From IMG/VR virus record IMGVR_UViG_3300031627_000003, positions 1 to 36,544 of that record: a stretch of DNA of 36,544 nucleotides; one strand, written 5' to 3'. This document shows positions 9,301 through 17,981 of the stretch, in pieces (position 1 is the stretch's first letter; each line of letters starts with the position of its first letter). The DNA comes from a virus. Taxonomy: Duplodnaviria; Caudoviricetes. Under the pieces are notes generated by a model that had not been told where the DNA came from, searched no databases, and saw only the letters and a list, made by a program, of their open reading frames with translations. Made by a program: the position numbers and the translations under genes.

Positions 9301-12300
9301 AGACTTTTACGATAAGTTCAACCGGGGTGAAGGCACCGTTGAGCACGCTATCACCACGCGGGAAGAACGGAATCCCAGCCGTGGTCGTCCGCCGCAGGAC
9401 ACCGAGGCTGGGTCGGACGCCACACCGGCCCAGCCTCAACCTGTTGACCCCGACGCCCCGCTCTTCTCTCGCCGAGGCGAGCGCGGTAACGACCCAAACC
9501 GCGCTCTGGTCGATCAGGAGCTGACGCTGTCTGGCAAATACAAGGTTGTCGCCGGTCAGACACTCCCGACCGCGCCGCCACGGGATGCCGGGACGTCGCT
9601 TGAGGAACAGATTGCCACCGGGGAGGCTGGGCACACTAGCTACGAGAACTACCTGAAGCAGGAGAGCGCAGCTCTCAACGCAAACTTGATCAAGGACTGG
9701 TCAATCATGCGGAACTTCAAGGGCGGCAGTGTCCGACAGACTTACGACGAGCTGATTCGACTGGTGAAAGGCAACCTGCTCGCGCTCCATGACGGCATGG
9801 ACTCGACGCTGCGTGCCCGCGCCAAACTCTGGTATGAGGGCGCGAACCGCATCGCGCAGGACTTTTCTGCGCGATACAAGGTGACGCTTGAGCAGGCCAG
9901 CGCGACGATGGCTGTCCTGTCGCCACAGAAGGACTGGTTCCAGAACGTGTCACTCGCCGGCCGGGTGCTGGACATCTGGGGCACCAAGCAGAACGCCTCG
10001 GTCACGCCCGAGATGGCAAAGATGCTGGTTGAGGACATCGCACTCCGAAAGACTAAGGAGCAGAAGAACATGAGCACTCAGCGAGAGGTGCTTGCGGATC
10101 GGAAGGAACGCGTGATTGAAGCCAAGCAATGGGTTCAACTCTACTCGGGCAAGACCCTAGCCGACATCACTGACGACCATCACCGTGCGATGTTTGTGCG
10201 GATGTGGGACGAGGCGCACAACCCCCGTTCCTACGCCGTGCTCACACCGGAGGGTGACCGTGTCCGACTCCAAACCAACAAGGACGGGTCGAACTCGGGT
10301 ATTGGGTGGGGCTCCTACGCTGAGATCAACAAGGCGATCAAGGCGTCTCAGGGCGACACGATGACCATCCACATGATGCTGGGCGACCAGCACAAGGTCC
10401 GCAACTTCTACAACAACATCGCTGACCCGACTAACCCCGACCACGTCACGATGGACACGCACGCCATTGCGGCCGGGCTGTTCCTACCGCTGGCGGGAAG
10501 CAGTGGTGAGGTCGCCAACAACTTTGGTTCGAGCGGGAAGGACCAGCCGGAATTCAAGAACTCCAACCGTGGCGCGAAGCTCCACGGTCAGCAGGGGATC
10601 TACGCTGTGTTCGCTGAAGCCTACCGGCAGGCAGCCAAGGATCGTGGTCTCCTTGCCCGCGAGATGCAGTCGATCACTTGGGAGCAGATCCGCACGCTGA
10701 TGTCGGACAGCCAGAAGCGTCAGCTGGCCGGTCCTGCTAAGCTCCGAAAGAGCTTGGTGACCGGCGTGGAGACGATGGCGCTCGTTCCGCTGCGAGACCC
10801 TACTGAAAAACCATTGCCAGCCGCACGAAAAGTGTGGAAGAATACACCTAACGATGAAACAGCACGCCAAATTATCACTGAAGGCTTTGGAGGGTTTAGC
10901 CTCCCAGATTGGGCCCCATCAAGCTATGGCTCAAGCCGTGTTAAACCGGGTGAGGCTGCGGCGACCGGTGCCGAAAGCGTTATCGTTGGAGGAGATGATT
11001 CCACTGGTGTACGAACAAGGCGCCGACGTGGAAGCCCTCAAGTCCGATTTCCCCGAGCAGCTGACCTCGAGTCTCTAGTACAGCAGCGCGGTGAGGCTGC
11101 GAAGTTCGACGAGTTCATTGACCGGGGCGGACAGTTCAGCCGACGCGGAGGCGACGTGGAATACCAGCAGCTGGTCGATGCCGGGGACACTGCTGGGGCG
11201 CAGCAAGCCGTGGACGCTGCCGCGAAAGCAGCAGGATTCGACCCAACCCCGGCCTTCCACCGGACTTGGGGTGAGTTCCGCAAGTTCGCGGCTGGGGGAG
11301 AAGAGCCGAGGCAGCAGTCGTGGCCTGACGGCGACGGCGGGACGCACACGCTAGTCGGCCCATCCGGTCGTGCCGTCTTCCTATCCTACGACGCCGAGAA
11401 CACCCCAGCTTTTCACAACTCCAAGCCGACAGGTCAGCGAATTCTGCGCGTTTACGCGAAGCAGAAAAACCCACTCGTAGTGGATATGGACACCAAAGCG
11501 TGGGCGACCGACGTGTTCGCGGGAGGGCACCGGGAGTTCCCGCAGCTCATCACCGAGGGAGCACGACAGAATTTGCTGGCGGAAGGTCACGACGCGATTC
11601 AATTCTATCAAGGCGAGCGCACCCCGGCCGACGGGCTCCCCGACGAGCTGATCGTGTTCAACCCGAGCCACATCAAGTCCGCCGACCCGGTGACACGCGA
11701 TGCCGCTGGCGTCGTCGTCCCGCTCTCGAGACGGTTTAGCACCGCGTCGGACGACATCAACTTCAGCCGACGCGGAGGCCGCGAGGAAAATCGTCCGCTG
11801 ATCAATCAGGAGCTGGACCCTGACAGCGAGCTCCTCACCCGAAACTTTTCTGACCGAGCAGCGGGGTCGGACCCCGAGCTGGCCGCGATCCGAAGCAAGA
11901 ACCCCGACATCGCCTTTCGCGACACGCAGTCAATCAAGGACATCCAAGACGGGCACGCTGGTCGGACTGACGACGACCTTGACGCTAGTGTCACCCGACT
12001 TGAGACACTGCGTGAGGAGGGGCCGAAGAACACAGCGATCCTTGACGGCATGGAGCGGATGCGCCGAGCACAGGACGCCGGGGATTCCGTAGGAACGAAA
12101 CGGGTCTTCAGCGCACTGGCGAAAGCCGGGACTACCATTGGGCAGCTGCTTCGCCAGTTCCGAGAGTTCAAGGGAGCGGCTGCTACCACCCATCGGCTCG
12201 AGCTGATGGAGCTCCAGCTACTCAAGGACGGCCGCAAGATGACCCCGAAGCAGCGGGACGTGATGTCCCGGCTCATCAATGACGATGCCAAGGCCAAGGT

Positions 12301-14422
12301 GGTCATGGACAACGCCATCGAGGCCGCGCTTGACAACCCCACCGACCGCACGCGGATCACCGCAGCCCGCAAAGCTGAGTCCACCGAGAACCTCGCCTTC
12401 CGCAAGCTGGTTAACGAGGCGCGTTCGCTGATGCCGCGCAAACTGCGTCAGCTTCCGGCCGACCTGCTTGCACTGATTCAGGGCAACCTGCTGACTCCGG
12501 TGTCCACCAACCGGAACGCGTGGGGCAACTACATTTCCATGATCCCCCGGCTGGTCGGCCGCATCCCGGCCACAGTCGCTGACATCGTTCGCGCCAAATT
12601 CTCCAAGAGCGGTGACCGAACGGTCGCACTGCCGTCGCGACGCGAAGCCGCGTGGTTTACCAGCGGCACGCTGCGCGGGGTTCGCCGAGCTTTTGAGTCC
12701 TTCCGATACGGAACCTCTGAAGATATCATCGTTGGCGAGGTCATTCGCGGGTTCAACCCCGGCAAAGCGTTCGCTCGAGCGTTCACCGGTAACCTGCCTG
12801 TCGATGCCAAGACCGGCAAGGTCCGCGTGTCCGACACGGTCGGCAAGATCTTCGAGGGTATCTTTGGATTCCCTGCTGAGTCCATGCTCCGGTCGCTATC
12901 GGCTCTGGATGAGCTAGCGAAGGAAGGGTTCCGCTCCCAACGCGCTGCCGAGGAGACCCAGATCAGGAATGTCAAGCGGGGCACCCGTGAGTTTGCTGAG
13001 ATCGAACTGCTGCAAGACGCGCAAACGAAAGCCGCTGCCGATGAGCAGGCACTGCAATACACCTACCAAAACGCCAGCGCGATGGCGAAGGCAGCGCAGT
13101 CCATTGACAACGCACTGGCTGCTACGCCGGTCCTTGGCCCCACACTCCGATTGGGTGCGCGTGTGGCTTTCAGCCCTTACGTCCGAACGCCCATCAATCT
13201 GTTCTTGGAGGGCGCCAAGTTTGCTGTGCCGGGCTTTGGCTTTGCTCACAGTGCTGCCAAGGCTATGCAGGCAACTCACGCTACGGACGCCACCGCCAAG
13301 CGGCTCCTGATACGCGAGAGCCAGCTGTCCGCCAGCTACGCTATCGTCGGCATGAGCATTGCGGCGGTTGCTGAGGCTCTAATCGCGGAAGACCTAATCT
13401 CTGGCGGACCCGAGGGGGACACGGCTGAGAACCTTGTGAGATCCGCATCCGGCATGGGCTACTTCCGCATGAATATGTCAGGGTTCTTTCGGATGCAGGG
13501 CGAGGAAGACGCGGGCTATAGGCCCGGCGATCACACAATCCGCTTGGACTCGCTGGGCGTGGTTGGCTATGTGCTCGCGGCTAAGGCCGAGGCTGCCCGG
13601 CTGCAAGCCAAAGACCCGACGCAGATCCCCGACCCGATGGTCACTAAACTCGGGCTCGACCAGATTGGGACGAGCATCGCAATGGGCCGGTTTGCGGTCA
13701 ACCAGACCATGCTTCAGGGTGTCTCCTCGCTTACCAGCGCACTGGAGCGGGGCAGCACACACCGCTGGGTCGGTGACAAGGTAAACCTGATCTCGTCCAT
13801 CGCGATGCCGAACACTGTCATGGCGTGGCGAAACACTAAAGAGGATGCGCCGAAGGTGAACCTGACTGTGCCGGGCGACAGCTACAAGACTGCCCGCAAT
13901 GTGCTGATCCACAAGTTTGGTGATCGGGAGATGCTGCTCACCAAGCGGGACATCTTTGGCAAGGAGATTACTGCGACACCAAATGTGCAGTATTCCAAGA
14001 TCCCGTTTGCGTCCGATGAGCAGGTCTACCACATGCTTGATCACTTCAAGAGTGAGAGTATCGCGAACACTGCGAACAACGCGCTCTACGCAATCTACAG
14101 GGACACTGGCGATGACCGTGTGATCCCGAGCGTTGTGTCTCGTAACGTCACGCACTCAGGGCAGAAGATGGCGCTGACTCCTGAGCTCTACGACTCGCTC
14201 TACGCTGACGTGCAGGGCGCGAAGGGGAGAGCGTTTGTCCAGATCAGCAGCTCGGCTAGCTGGCAGAACCTTGCTGCGAGGTTGCCGGGACGTGCGGTCG
14301 ACGTGCTTGAGAAGCGCTACAGCACTGCGGGTCGTATTGCTAAGCAAGCGTGGCAGAGGAAGAACCGACGTGAACTAAACCGCCTCAAGTTGGACGTGTC
14401 TGCCTACCTGAAGTCCCGCTAG
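6389..14422 (+). CDS. Giant polyvalent internal virion/ejection protein (2677 aa) with Gly-zipper, zincin-like HExxH, HhH-glycosylase-like and ADP-ribosyltransferase-like domains and a helical C-terminal region
   Basis: Last gene of the virion operon. Motifs: GAGFLIGGPPGAGVG; HEAAH at 7724 with downstream EWYAE; LSPQKDW..N, KVRNFYNNI, VTMDTHA and QSITW; AFHRT, VFLS, VY..NP, GHDAI and ELIVFNPSHIKS. Confidence 0.8.
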   Translation: MGETGLHQRWQAVQRHPNWPNLSPEEQTQRLDAFVGDLRAKFGHKVTGLQGFHNNVRARINSAPEETRFLGDAVNAFGDDYLRARQATTIRPNELRRILKSEYIAQVEANGSDAYGMAGGLAGGVAATMSKALPAAGAGFLIGGPPGAGVGFLGGSLVSDVPTQVGHSLRSNFFSQLDEGIDEDEAWSQSAKAAGISGVLTGAANVIPGGAFVKLGTKLVPGKGKVALAAKKVMLAGSSTRGGKRLAVQAIQGGVDDVVLEGVNVGQELAFGIDASNYRGTLGERVAIAGAAGTALRGTFLGVQKGATGIQNVRAGKKFGDRLFHNENVEAVLGGLDNQILEAQHGVRRREGGEDLEAAQQLEGSGLFGQRTRSEKLRALKANKELLLNVWDTITDGTMPLDLEVLAKEGSDGQDAQFNPASNSISAFLSIFEWKGDAIQRITLNHEAAHAHLRTLPPRIREKLRDLKTAEFAERAGPLFDADGNPRKNISKDLFSTDPERQFNEWYAERVSLRNDAWAKGRLSDAEANPIEGWMGNLARDFRVKGEKVGRSLGFVDGLDASFRDFLDAGKKYEFDRETRTTAGDLEAEINVREARLEQASAQGDTKLVRKLQKEISERTAKRQRRLLPETVDTIFFGKGDTGSRGLDDAISQTIDRNTRGRAGVPEPEADLNKLGQLGQLDPAAREAVVGPIERIKAEAAARSALESEQAGGVRHRADIREAQRTEFDAPVKRPVQTRETPLVGRDREVTQAPDLELPGQRPGQHSVEPDLSAIAQLTGRQRPNRNPDRGRVDPEGGRTSRGFLGRAEFDEAQGGTATASKSEPSVRTPGQLVAAAQRATPSDQSTKQGDFGFGDEGGRLSEPPTAPHQPPVESKSKFYDPDSADSKARVKASIDKQEAVLKKLAGRVDDAITNLAEPAQLHRLAKQAQENSFISKDDVKELRRIQREVGNKEDTSDALDELRFMLEDAQDFYDKFNRGEGTVEHAITTREERNPSRGRPPQDTEAGSDATPAQPQPVDPDAPLFSRRGERGNDPNRALVDQELTLSGKYKVVAGQTLPTAPPRDAGTSLEEQIATGEAGHTSYENYLKQESAALNANLIKDWSIMRNFKGGSVRQTYDELIRLVKGNLLALHDGMDSTLRARAKLWYEGANRIAQDFSARYKVTLEQASATMAVLSPQKDWFQNVSLAGRVLDIWGTKQNASVTPEMAKMLVEDIALRKTKEQKNMSTQREVLADRKERVIEAKQWVQLYSGKTLADITDDHHRAMFVRMWDEAHNPRSYAVLTPEGDRVRLQTNKDGSNSGIGWGSYAEINKAIKASQGDTMTIHMMLGDQHKVRNFYNNIADPTNPDHVTMDTHAIAAGLFLPLAGSSGEVANNFGSSGKDQPEFKNSNRGAKLHGQQGIYAVFAEAYRQAAKDRGLLAREMQSITWEQIRTLMSDSQKRQLAGPAKLRKSLVTGVETMALVPLRDPTEKPLPAARKVWKNTPNDETARQIITEGFGGFSLPDWAPSSYGSSRVKPGEAAATGAESVIVGGDDSTGVRTRRRRGSPQVRFPRAADLESLVQQRGEAAKFDEFIDRGGQFSRRGGDVEYQQLVDAGDTAGAQQAVDAAAKAAGFDPTPAFHRTWGEFRKFAAGGEEPRQQSWPDGDGGTHTLVGPSGRAVFLSYDAENTPAFHNSKPTGQRILRVYAKQKNPLVVDMDTKAWATDVFAGGHREFPQLITEGARQNLLAEGHDAIQFYQGERTPADGLPDELIVFNPSHIKSADPVTRDAAGVVVPLSRRFSTASDDINFSRRGGREENRPLINQELDPDSELLTRNFSDRAAGSDPELAAIRSKNPDIAFRDTQSIKDIQDGHAGRTDDDLDASVTRLETLREEGPKNTAILDGMERMRRAQDAGDSVGTKRVFSALAKAGTTIGQLLRQFREFKGAAATTHRLELMELQLLKDGRKMTPKQRDVMSRLINDDAKAKVVMDNAIEAALDNPTDRTRITAARKAESTENLAFRKLVNEARSLMPRKLRQLPADLLALIQGNLLTPVSTNRNAWGNYISMIPRLVGRIPATVADIVRAKFSKSGDRTVALPSRREAAWFTSGTLRGVRRAFESFRYGTSEDIIVGEVIRGFNPGKAFARAFTGNLPVDAKTGKVRVSDTVGKIFEGIFGFPAESMLRSLSALDELAKEGFRSQRAAEETQIRNVKRGTREFAEIELLQDAQTKAAADEQALQYTYQNASAMAKAAQSIDNALAATPVLGPTLRLGARVAFSPYVRTPINLFLEGAKFAVPGFGFAHSAAKAMQATHATDATAKRLLIRESQLSASYAIVGMSIAAVAEALIAEDLISGGPEGDTAENLVRSASGMGYFRMNMSGFFRMQGEEDAGYRPGDHTIRLDSLGVVGYVLAAKAEAARLQAKDPTQIPDPMVTKLGLDQIGTSIAMGRFAVNQTMLQGVSSLTSALERGSTHRWVGDKVNLISSIAMPNTVMAWRNTKEDAPKVNLTVPGDSYKTARNVLIHKFGDREMLLTKRDIFGKEITATPNVQYSKIPFASDEQVYHMLDHFKSESIANTANNALYAIYRDTGDDRVIPSVVSRNVTHSGQKMALTPELYDSLYADVQGAKGRAFVQISSSASWQNLAARLPGRAVDVLEKRYSTAGRIAKQAWQRKNRRELNRLKLDVSAYLKSR
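11135..11779 (+). repeat. Exact 18-bp direct repeat ttcagccgacgcggaggc at 11135-11152 and 11762-11779
   Basis: Both copies read directly, 627 bp (209 codons) apart and in frame. Each encodes FSRRGG. Confidence 0.95.
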
Positions 14423-14631
14423 CCGGTCTTCTTATTGAACACTCGGCGCAGGACGTAGGAGCGCAACACGCTGATGACCGTGTAGACTAGCCCCAGCCCG
14501 AGGTTGGTAGTGAACGCGATGTTGATCCCGAACAGGGGGAAGATCAGGAGGTTCGCGACAATGTTGATGGCGTAGCCGATAGCGACGTTGGTCCACGCCT
14601 CGACCCAGCTGTGCGTCTTGGACTGGCTCAT
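14419..14631 (-). CDS. Small two-TM phage membrane protein (DUF7220-like)
   Basis: Start at ATG 14631 via ATGA overlap. MSQSKTHSWVEAWTNVAIGY..FPLFG..N..TVISVLRSYVLRRVFN matches a widespread phage family as I recall it. Confidence 0.75.
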   Translation of the reverse strand: MSQSKTHSWVEAWTNVAIGYAINIVANLLIFPLFGINIAFTTNLGLGLVYTVISVLRSYVLRRVFNKKTG

Positions 14632-14888
14632 AGTCCCACCTTCCCCCTGAACTGCTCCCACAACCAGTGGCTGCGCTCGGCGATCTGCGGGCCGAGCGGC
14701 TTCGCGTCGTCGAAATCCTTGTAGGCGTTGCCGAAGGACATGCCGGGGGTGCCATCAGGATTCTGCGTGTCGAGCTTGGCGGCGACGATGATGTCTCCCC
14801 ACTTGTTGCTCTCGACAACGACCTGCCACTTCCGAAGACGCAGCTGGTCGCTCTGCTTCCCGTCGCTTTTCTGTGAGCCCTTCTTCAT
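14628..14888 (-). CDS. Hypothetical protein
   Basis: 86 aa with ATGA coupling at both ends. Confidence 0.65.
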   Translation of the reverse strand: MKKGSQKSDGKQSDQLRLRKWQVVVESNKWGDIIVAAKLDTQNPDGTPGMSFGNAYKDFDDAKPLGPQIAERSHWLWEQFRGKVGL

Positions 14889-15034
14889 GCGCTTACACTT
14901 CCAGTCGGTGGCGTAGGGTCCTCATCGTCGTGGTCGTGGTCGTCATCGTCGATGAGTCCGCAGACCATTATGAACGTCCCCACGGCCATGCCAGTAATCC
15001 ACAGTCCTTGCCATGTTATGAACTCGGCAGTCAC
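14885..15034 (-). CDS. 49-aa single-TM protein with acidic/His tail (not in ORF track)
   Basis: Manual translation MTAEFITWQGLWITGMAVGTFIMVCGLIDDDDHDHDDEDPTPPTGSVSA. GTGA overlap at the start and ATGA overlap at the end fill the gap exactly. Confidence 0.7.
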   Translation of the reverse strand: MTAEFITWQGLWITGMAVGTFIMVCGLIDDDDHDHDDEDPTPPTGSVSA

Positions 15035-15345
15035 TTGAACCCTAACCGGTCAAGTATGGCGTCCTCATGCGATGTGACGCGCCGCCTATCGGCCTCGCTG
15101 CGACACGGGCTGTCTCTGTGGCTCCCATCAGCGTCCAACGCGGTCGGGATGTAACTAGACTCCAACATCGTCGTGGAAACTCTGGGGGGTTCTAGCCCCC
15201 GTCGTTTCCAGAAGCGCAGGTAGCCTTGGTCCACCATACTAACCGTGTCGGCAAACCACTTGGTTGACATGGTGCGGACACGGTCTACGTCGGGTCGCAG
15301 GCCGGCTGATATGTCGCCCCAGCTTATTTTAGGTTTATCCGCCAT
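15031..15345 (-). CDS. Hypothetical protein
   Basis: Likely start ATG 15345 (MADKPKISW) preceded by AAAGGAG. The longer track ORF overlaps the helicase. Confidence 0.65.
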   Translation of the reverse strand: MADKPKISWGDISAGLRPDVDRVRTMSTKWFADTVSMVDQGYLRFWKRRGLEPPRVSTTMLESSYIPTALDADGSHRDSPCRSEADRRRVTSHEDAILDRLGFK

Positions 15346-16658
15346 TGGGTAACTCCTTTCACTCGCCGCCTTGTTAGGCGTGTTGGGTGCGTCTTGGACA
15401 TCCGGCCGAGGTATGTGCCGCAGGCACCGCTCCACGACAGGAGCTTTCTGGACTGGCTGATAGATGGCATTGATCCGCCGAGGAGGATGCGCTCCAGCTC
15501 CACGCTGGTGCCGGTCCACTCGGCATCACCAATGAACACAGACGGCAGGTCGTTGATGATGATGTCAAGCAGCTGCTGCTCAACGCCTGCTTCTCGCTCC
15601 ATCTCCACCAGCTTGGGGTCGTGCCACGCCTTCACGCCGTAACGTGCTGTTATGATGGCCTTGGGAACCTCAAAGTTGTCGATGGCGAACGCCAAAGCGG
15701 GAAGCTCATCGGCCACAATCTTGTCCCACGCGGACCACTGACTGGTGTCGGACAAGTCCACCGGGAGCCGGGGCTGGTGGCACTGAATCAGCATGATCTT
15801 GTCGAGGATGCTGTCGTCAAGCGGCGGGAGCACGCGTAGATTCTCAGCCTCGTTGTTCATTGACATAGACACGCGCCACTTGGGCTTGAGCGTGACCGCG
15901 TCAGCCCCCTTGCCGTGGCAGCTCTGGACCGCGTTGACTGCCAGCTCCTTGATCTTCGCTCCGAACTCCCGGCGACCCTTGCCGCCGGTGTCTGAGAACT
16001 GGTCCTCGATGATGAGGTGCTCAGCCTTGAACAAGTCAGCGTTGAAGCTGGTTGCACCGCTCATGTATCTGAACGGGTCCGACGCGTGACCACCAAGCAG
16101 TTCAGTCGTAAGCTGCTTTTGCAGGAAGCTCTTCCCGATGCCGGGTGCGCCCACGTAGACCATGACCTGACCGGGCAGGTTGCTGTTCCGTGACATGAGG
16201 TTGAGCCGTGCCCACTTCCACCAGCCCATCTGGTGGTCGATCACGTTCTCACCGAGGAGCGTCTCGAGGTAGGTCTTCAGGTGCCCCCACTCGCCCTCTA
16301 CCGCCTTGGTCGGCGTGCAGCTTGTCGTCACAAGCAGGCGGCTGCCGTCAGCCTTCAGCAAGCCCTCAGCGTAGCCAGCGAGCGGGATGGCGTAGTCCAC
16401 CCGGTTCTTTCGGATGATGTAGAGCAACGCCTGATCCACCTCGGACAAGTTGTCGCTCTTCTGGCACTGAGACTGGAGGTTGCAGTCCTTCAGCCACGTT
16501 CGCGTCATGGCTTCACTGTTGGGATACCAGCCCGGCACGCCGTCATGGTCGGTCTGCTTGATCCAGTAGGCTGCCGGTTTGTGCGTGTAGGCTACCTGAA
16601 GCAGCGTCTCGTCAAGGTTCCTTACGGGTATGGCCGACGTGATTACTTGGAAATCCAT
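15324..16658 (-). CDS. SF3 / D5-like (NrS-1-type) replicative helicase
   Basis: Likely start ATG 16658 (MDFQVIT) after GGAAAGGAG. Walker A GAPGIGKS, FNADL, Walker B LIIED, motif C MSMN. Confidence 0.8.
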   Translation of the reverse strand: MDFQVITSAIPVRNLDETLLQVAYTHKPAAYWIKQTDHDGVPGWYPNSEAMTRTWLKDCNLQSQCQKSDNLSEVDQALLYIIRKNRVDYAIPLAGYAEGLLKADGSRLLVTTSCTPTKAVEGEWGHLKTYLETLLGENVIDHQMGWWKWARLNLMSRNSNLPGQVMVYVGAPGIGKSFLQKQLTTELLGGHASDPFRYMSGATSFNADLFKAEHLIIEDQFSDTGGKGRREFGAKIKELAVNAVQSCHGKGADAVTLKPKWRVSMSMNNEAENLRVLPPLDDSILDKIMLIQCHQPRLPVDLSDTSQWSAWDKIVADELPALAFAIDNFEVPKAIITARYGVKAWHDPKLVEMEREAGVEQQLLDIIINDLPSVFIGDAEWTGTSVELERILLGGSMPSISQSRKLLSWSGACGTYLGRMSKTHPTRLTRRRVKGVTQWRINLK

Positions 16659-17596
16659 AGTAGGCGTTGCTCCTTTCCGCTCGAGGCGCGTGTCTGACCG
16701 GCGAGTCGGACGGGTTGAGCGAGGCGCATGGTGGCCGGGTCTGCTCCCATTGCGGGCAGAACCTCCCGGCACCAGCGGTAGATGTCGTCGCCGGGGTATT
16801 CAAACCACCCGTGCAACGATTTGTTCCCGGCATCGACGACGGCCCTCAGCTTGAGCTGCGGCTTTCTTGCCATGGCATACTTGAATATCGCACCGCAGCA
16901 GTCGCGGTTGGTGTCCTTGTCGGCGTGGCAGTCGTCGCCCTCGATTACGAAGTAGCGCTTCACTGCGAGCTGCTTTGTGCCGCGCTGATGCGTGCCGGGT
17001 GGGAACGTGTTGGGGCAAATGAACTCGGACTCGGAAGCTGGTGGCGAGCTTAGCCACGCGTCCACAGTCTGGAACTGTGATGCAAACGCTGGGCCGCTTT
17101 GATACGGCTGCCCAATCCAGACGGTGTCGTGCAGCCTGAACATCTGTTGCAGGAAAAGCTCGCGGTGGTTGAACTGCCCGAGCGGGCCGTCAGGGTTGTC
17201 CGCAGCTATCTGCTCAGCCGGCCACGCGTGCAGCCCAAACACGTCGTCGATTCTAACGCCTACCGAAAGGTTGTGCGCGTCCTTGGCGTTGCCGTGCTTT
17301 GCTGCGGTCCGGTCTCGGACCTCCTTGCTCATTGGCGGCTGCTCGTAGCCCGAAGCCTTCAGGGCTCCTCGGACATTCTCAGTGAGAGTCTCGACCTCCT
17401 CCGCGCACTTCTGGTGCAGGCAGAACACGTTGGGCACGCCGTTAATGTAAAGTCGGGTGTCGCGCCGACCGGTTGAGTGCGTGTGCTTGTCTGCGCCGGG
17501 GCATGTGATGTAGCCCGTTGTCGGGTCGTTCGCATCCCAGTCGACAGCGTCGCCGAACAGTGTGGCGAGGACTTCCTCCTGTGCTTCAGGCAGCAT
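16643..17596 (-). CDS. AEP-like primase with N-terminal Zn-binding domain
   Basis: CPG..H and CLHQKC Zn ligands, acidic motif YFVIEGDD, His motif DAGNKSLHGWF, and QPVRL. Immediately upstream of the SF3 helicase. Confidence 0.7.
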   Translation of the reverse strand: MLPEAQEEVLATLFGDAVDWDANDPTTGYITCPGADKHTHSTGRRDTRLYINGVPNVFCLHQKCAEEVETLTENVRGALKASGYEQPPMSKEVRDRTAAKHGNAKDAHNLSVGVRIDDVFGLHAWPAEQIAADNPDGPLGQFNHRELFLQQMFRLHDTVWIGQPYQSGPAFASQFQTVDAWLSSPPASESEFICPNTFPPGTHQRGTKQLAVKRYFVIEGDDCHADKDTNRDCCGAIFKYAMARKPQLKLRAVVDAGNKSLHGWFEYPGDDIYRWCREVLPAMGADPATMRLAQPVRLAGQTRASSGKEQRLLWISK

Positions 17597-17981
17597 AGTC
17601 AGCCCCTCCTTGGCTTAGCTCGGACCGAAGCTCAAGCGCAATGTCGAGGGCTACTATGCCGACCGCGTCGGTGCTGCCAATCTCGCGGATGACCCCGTCA
17701 AGCATCAGTATGATTCTCGGGAATGGGTTGGGCGCGTCGGACACCGGTTCTTTGGACACCGGTTCTTTGGACACCGGCGCGTCGTGCGGGTGCGGCGGCT
17801 GCTCATACAGGACGTCCGACTCAACGTGTTTGTATACTCCCAGTCGGTGCTTGCCGTTGATGCTAGTGCTGATGCGGAAGAACTCGTCAAGAGCCCCAAG
17901 GAACTGGCCGGGGTCGTTGACCTCGGTCTTGTGTGTGCGGACGGTGCCGCCATCTGATGTCGATTGTAGTTTTATCCTCAT
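17586..17981 (-). CDS. Hypothetical protein containing a PVSKE tandem repeat
   Basis: 131 aa with ATGA overlap with the polymerase stop. Confidence 0.65.
   Translation of the reverse strand: MRIKLQSTSDGGTVRTHKTEVNDPGQFLGALDEFFRISTSINGKHRLGVYKHVESDVLYEQPPHPHDAPVSKEPVSKEPVSDAPNPFPRIILMLDGVIREIGSTDAVGIVALDIALELRSELSQGGADYAA
17739..17777. repeat. 15-bp tandem repeat ggacaccggttcttt, about 2.6 copies
   Basis: Read directly and flanked on both sides by ggcgcgtcg. Confidence 0.9.

Noticed and set aside
16643-16772. Programmed frameshift fusing primase and helicase
   Set aside because: The helicase has its own ATG and an SD-like sequence, and I saw no convincing slippery heptamer. Not excluded, but unsupported.
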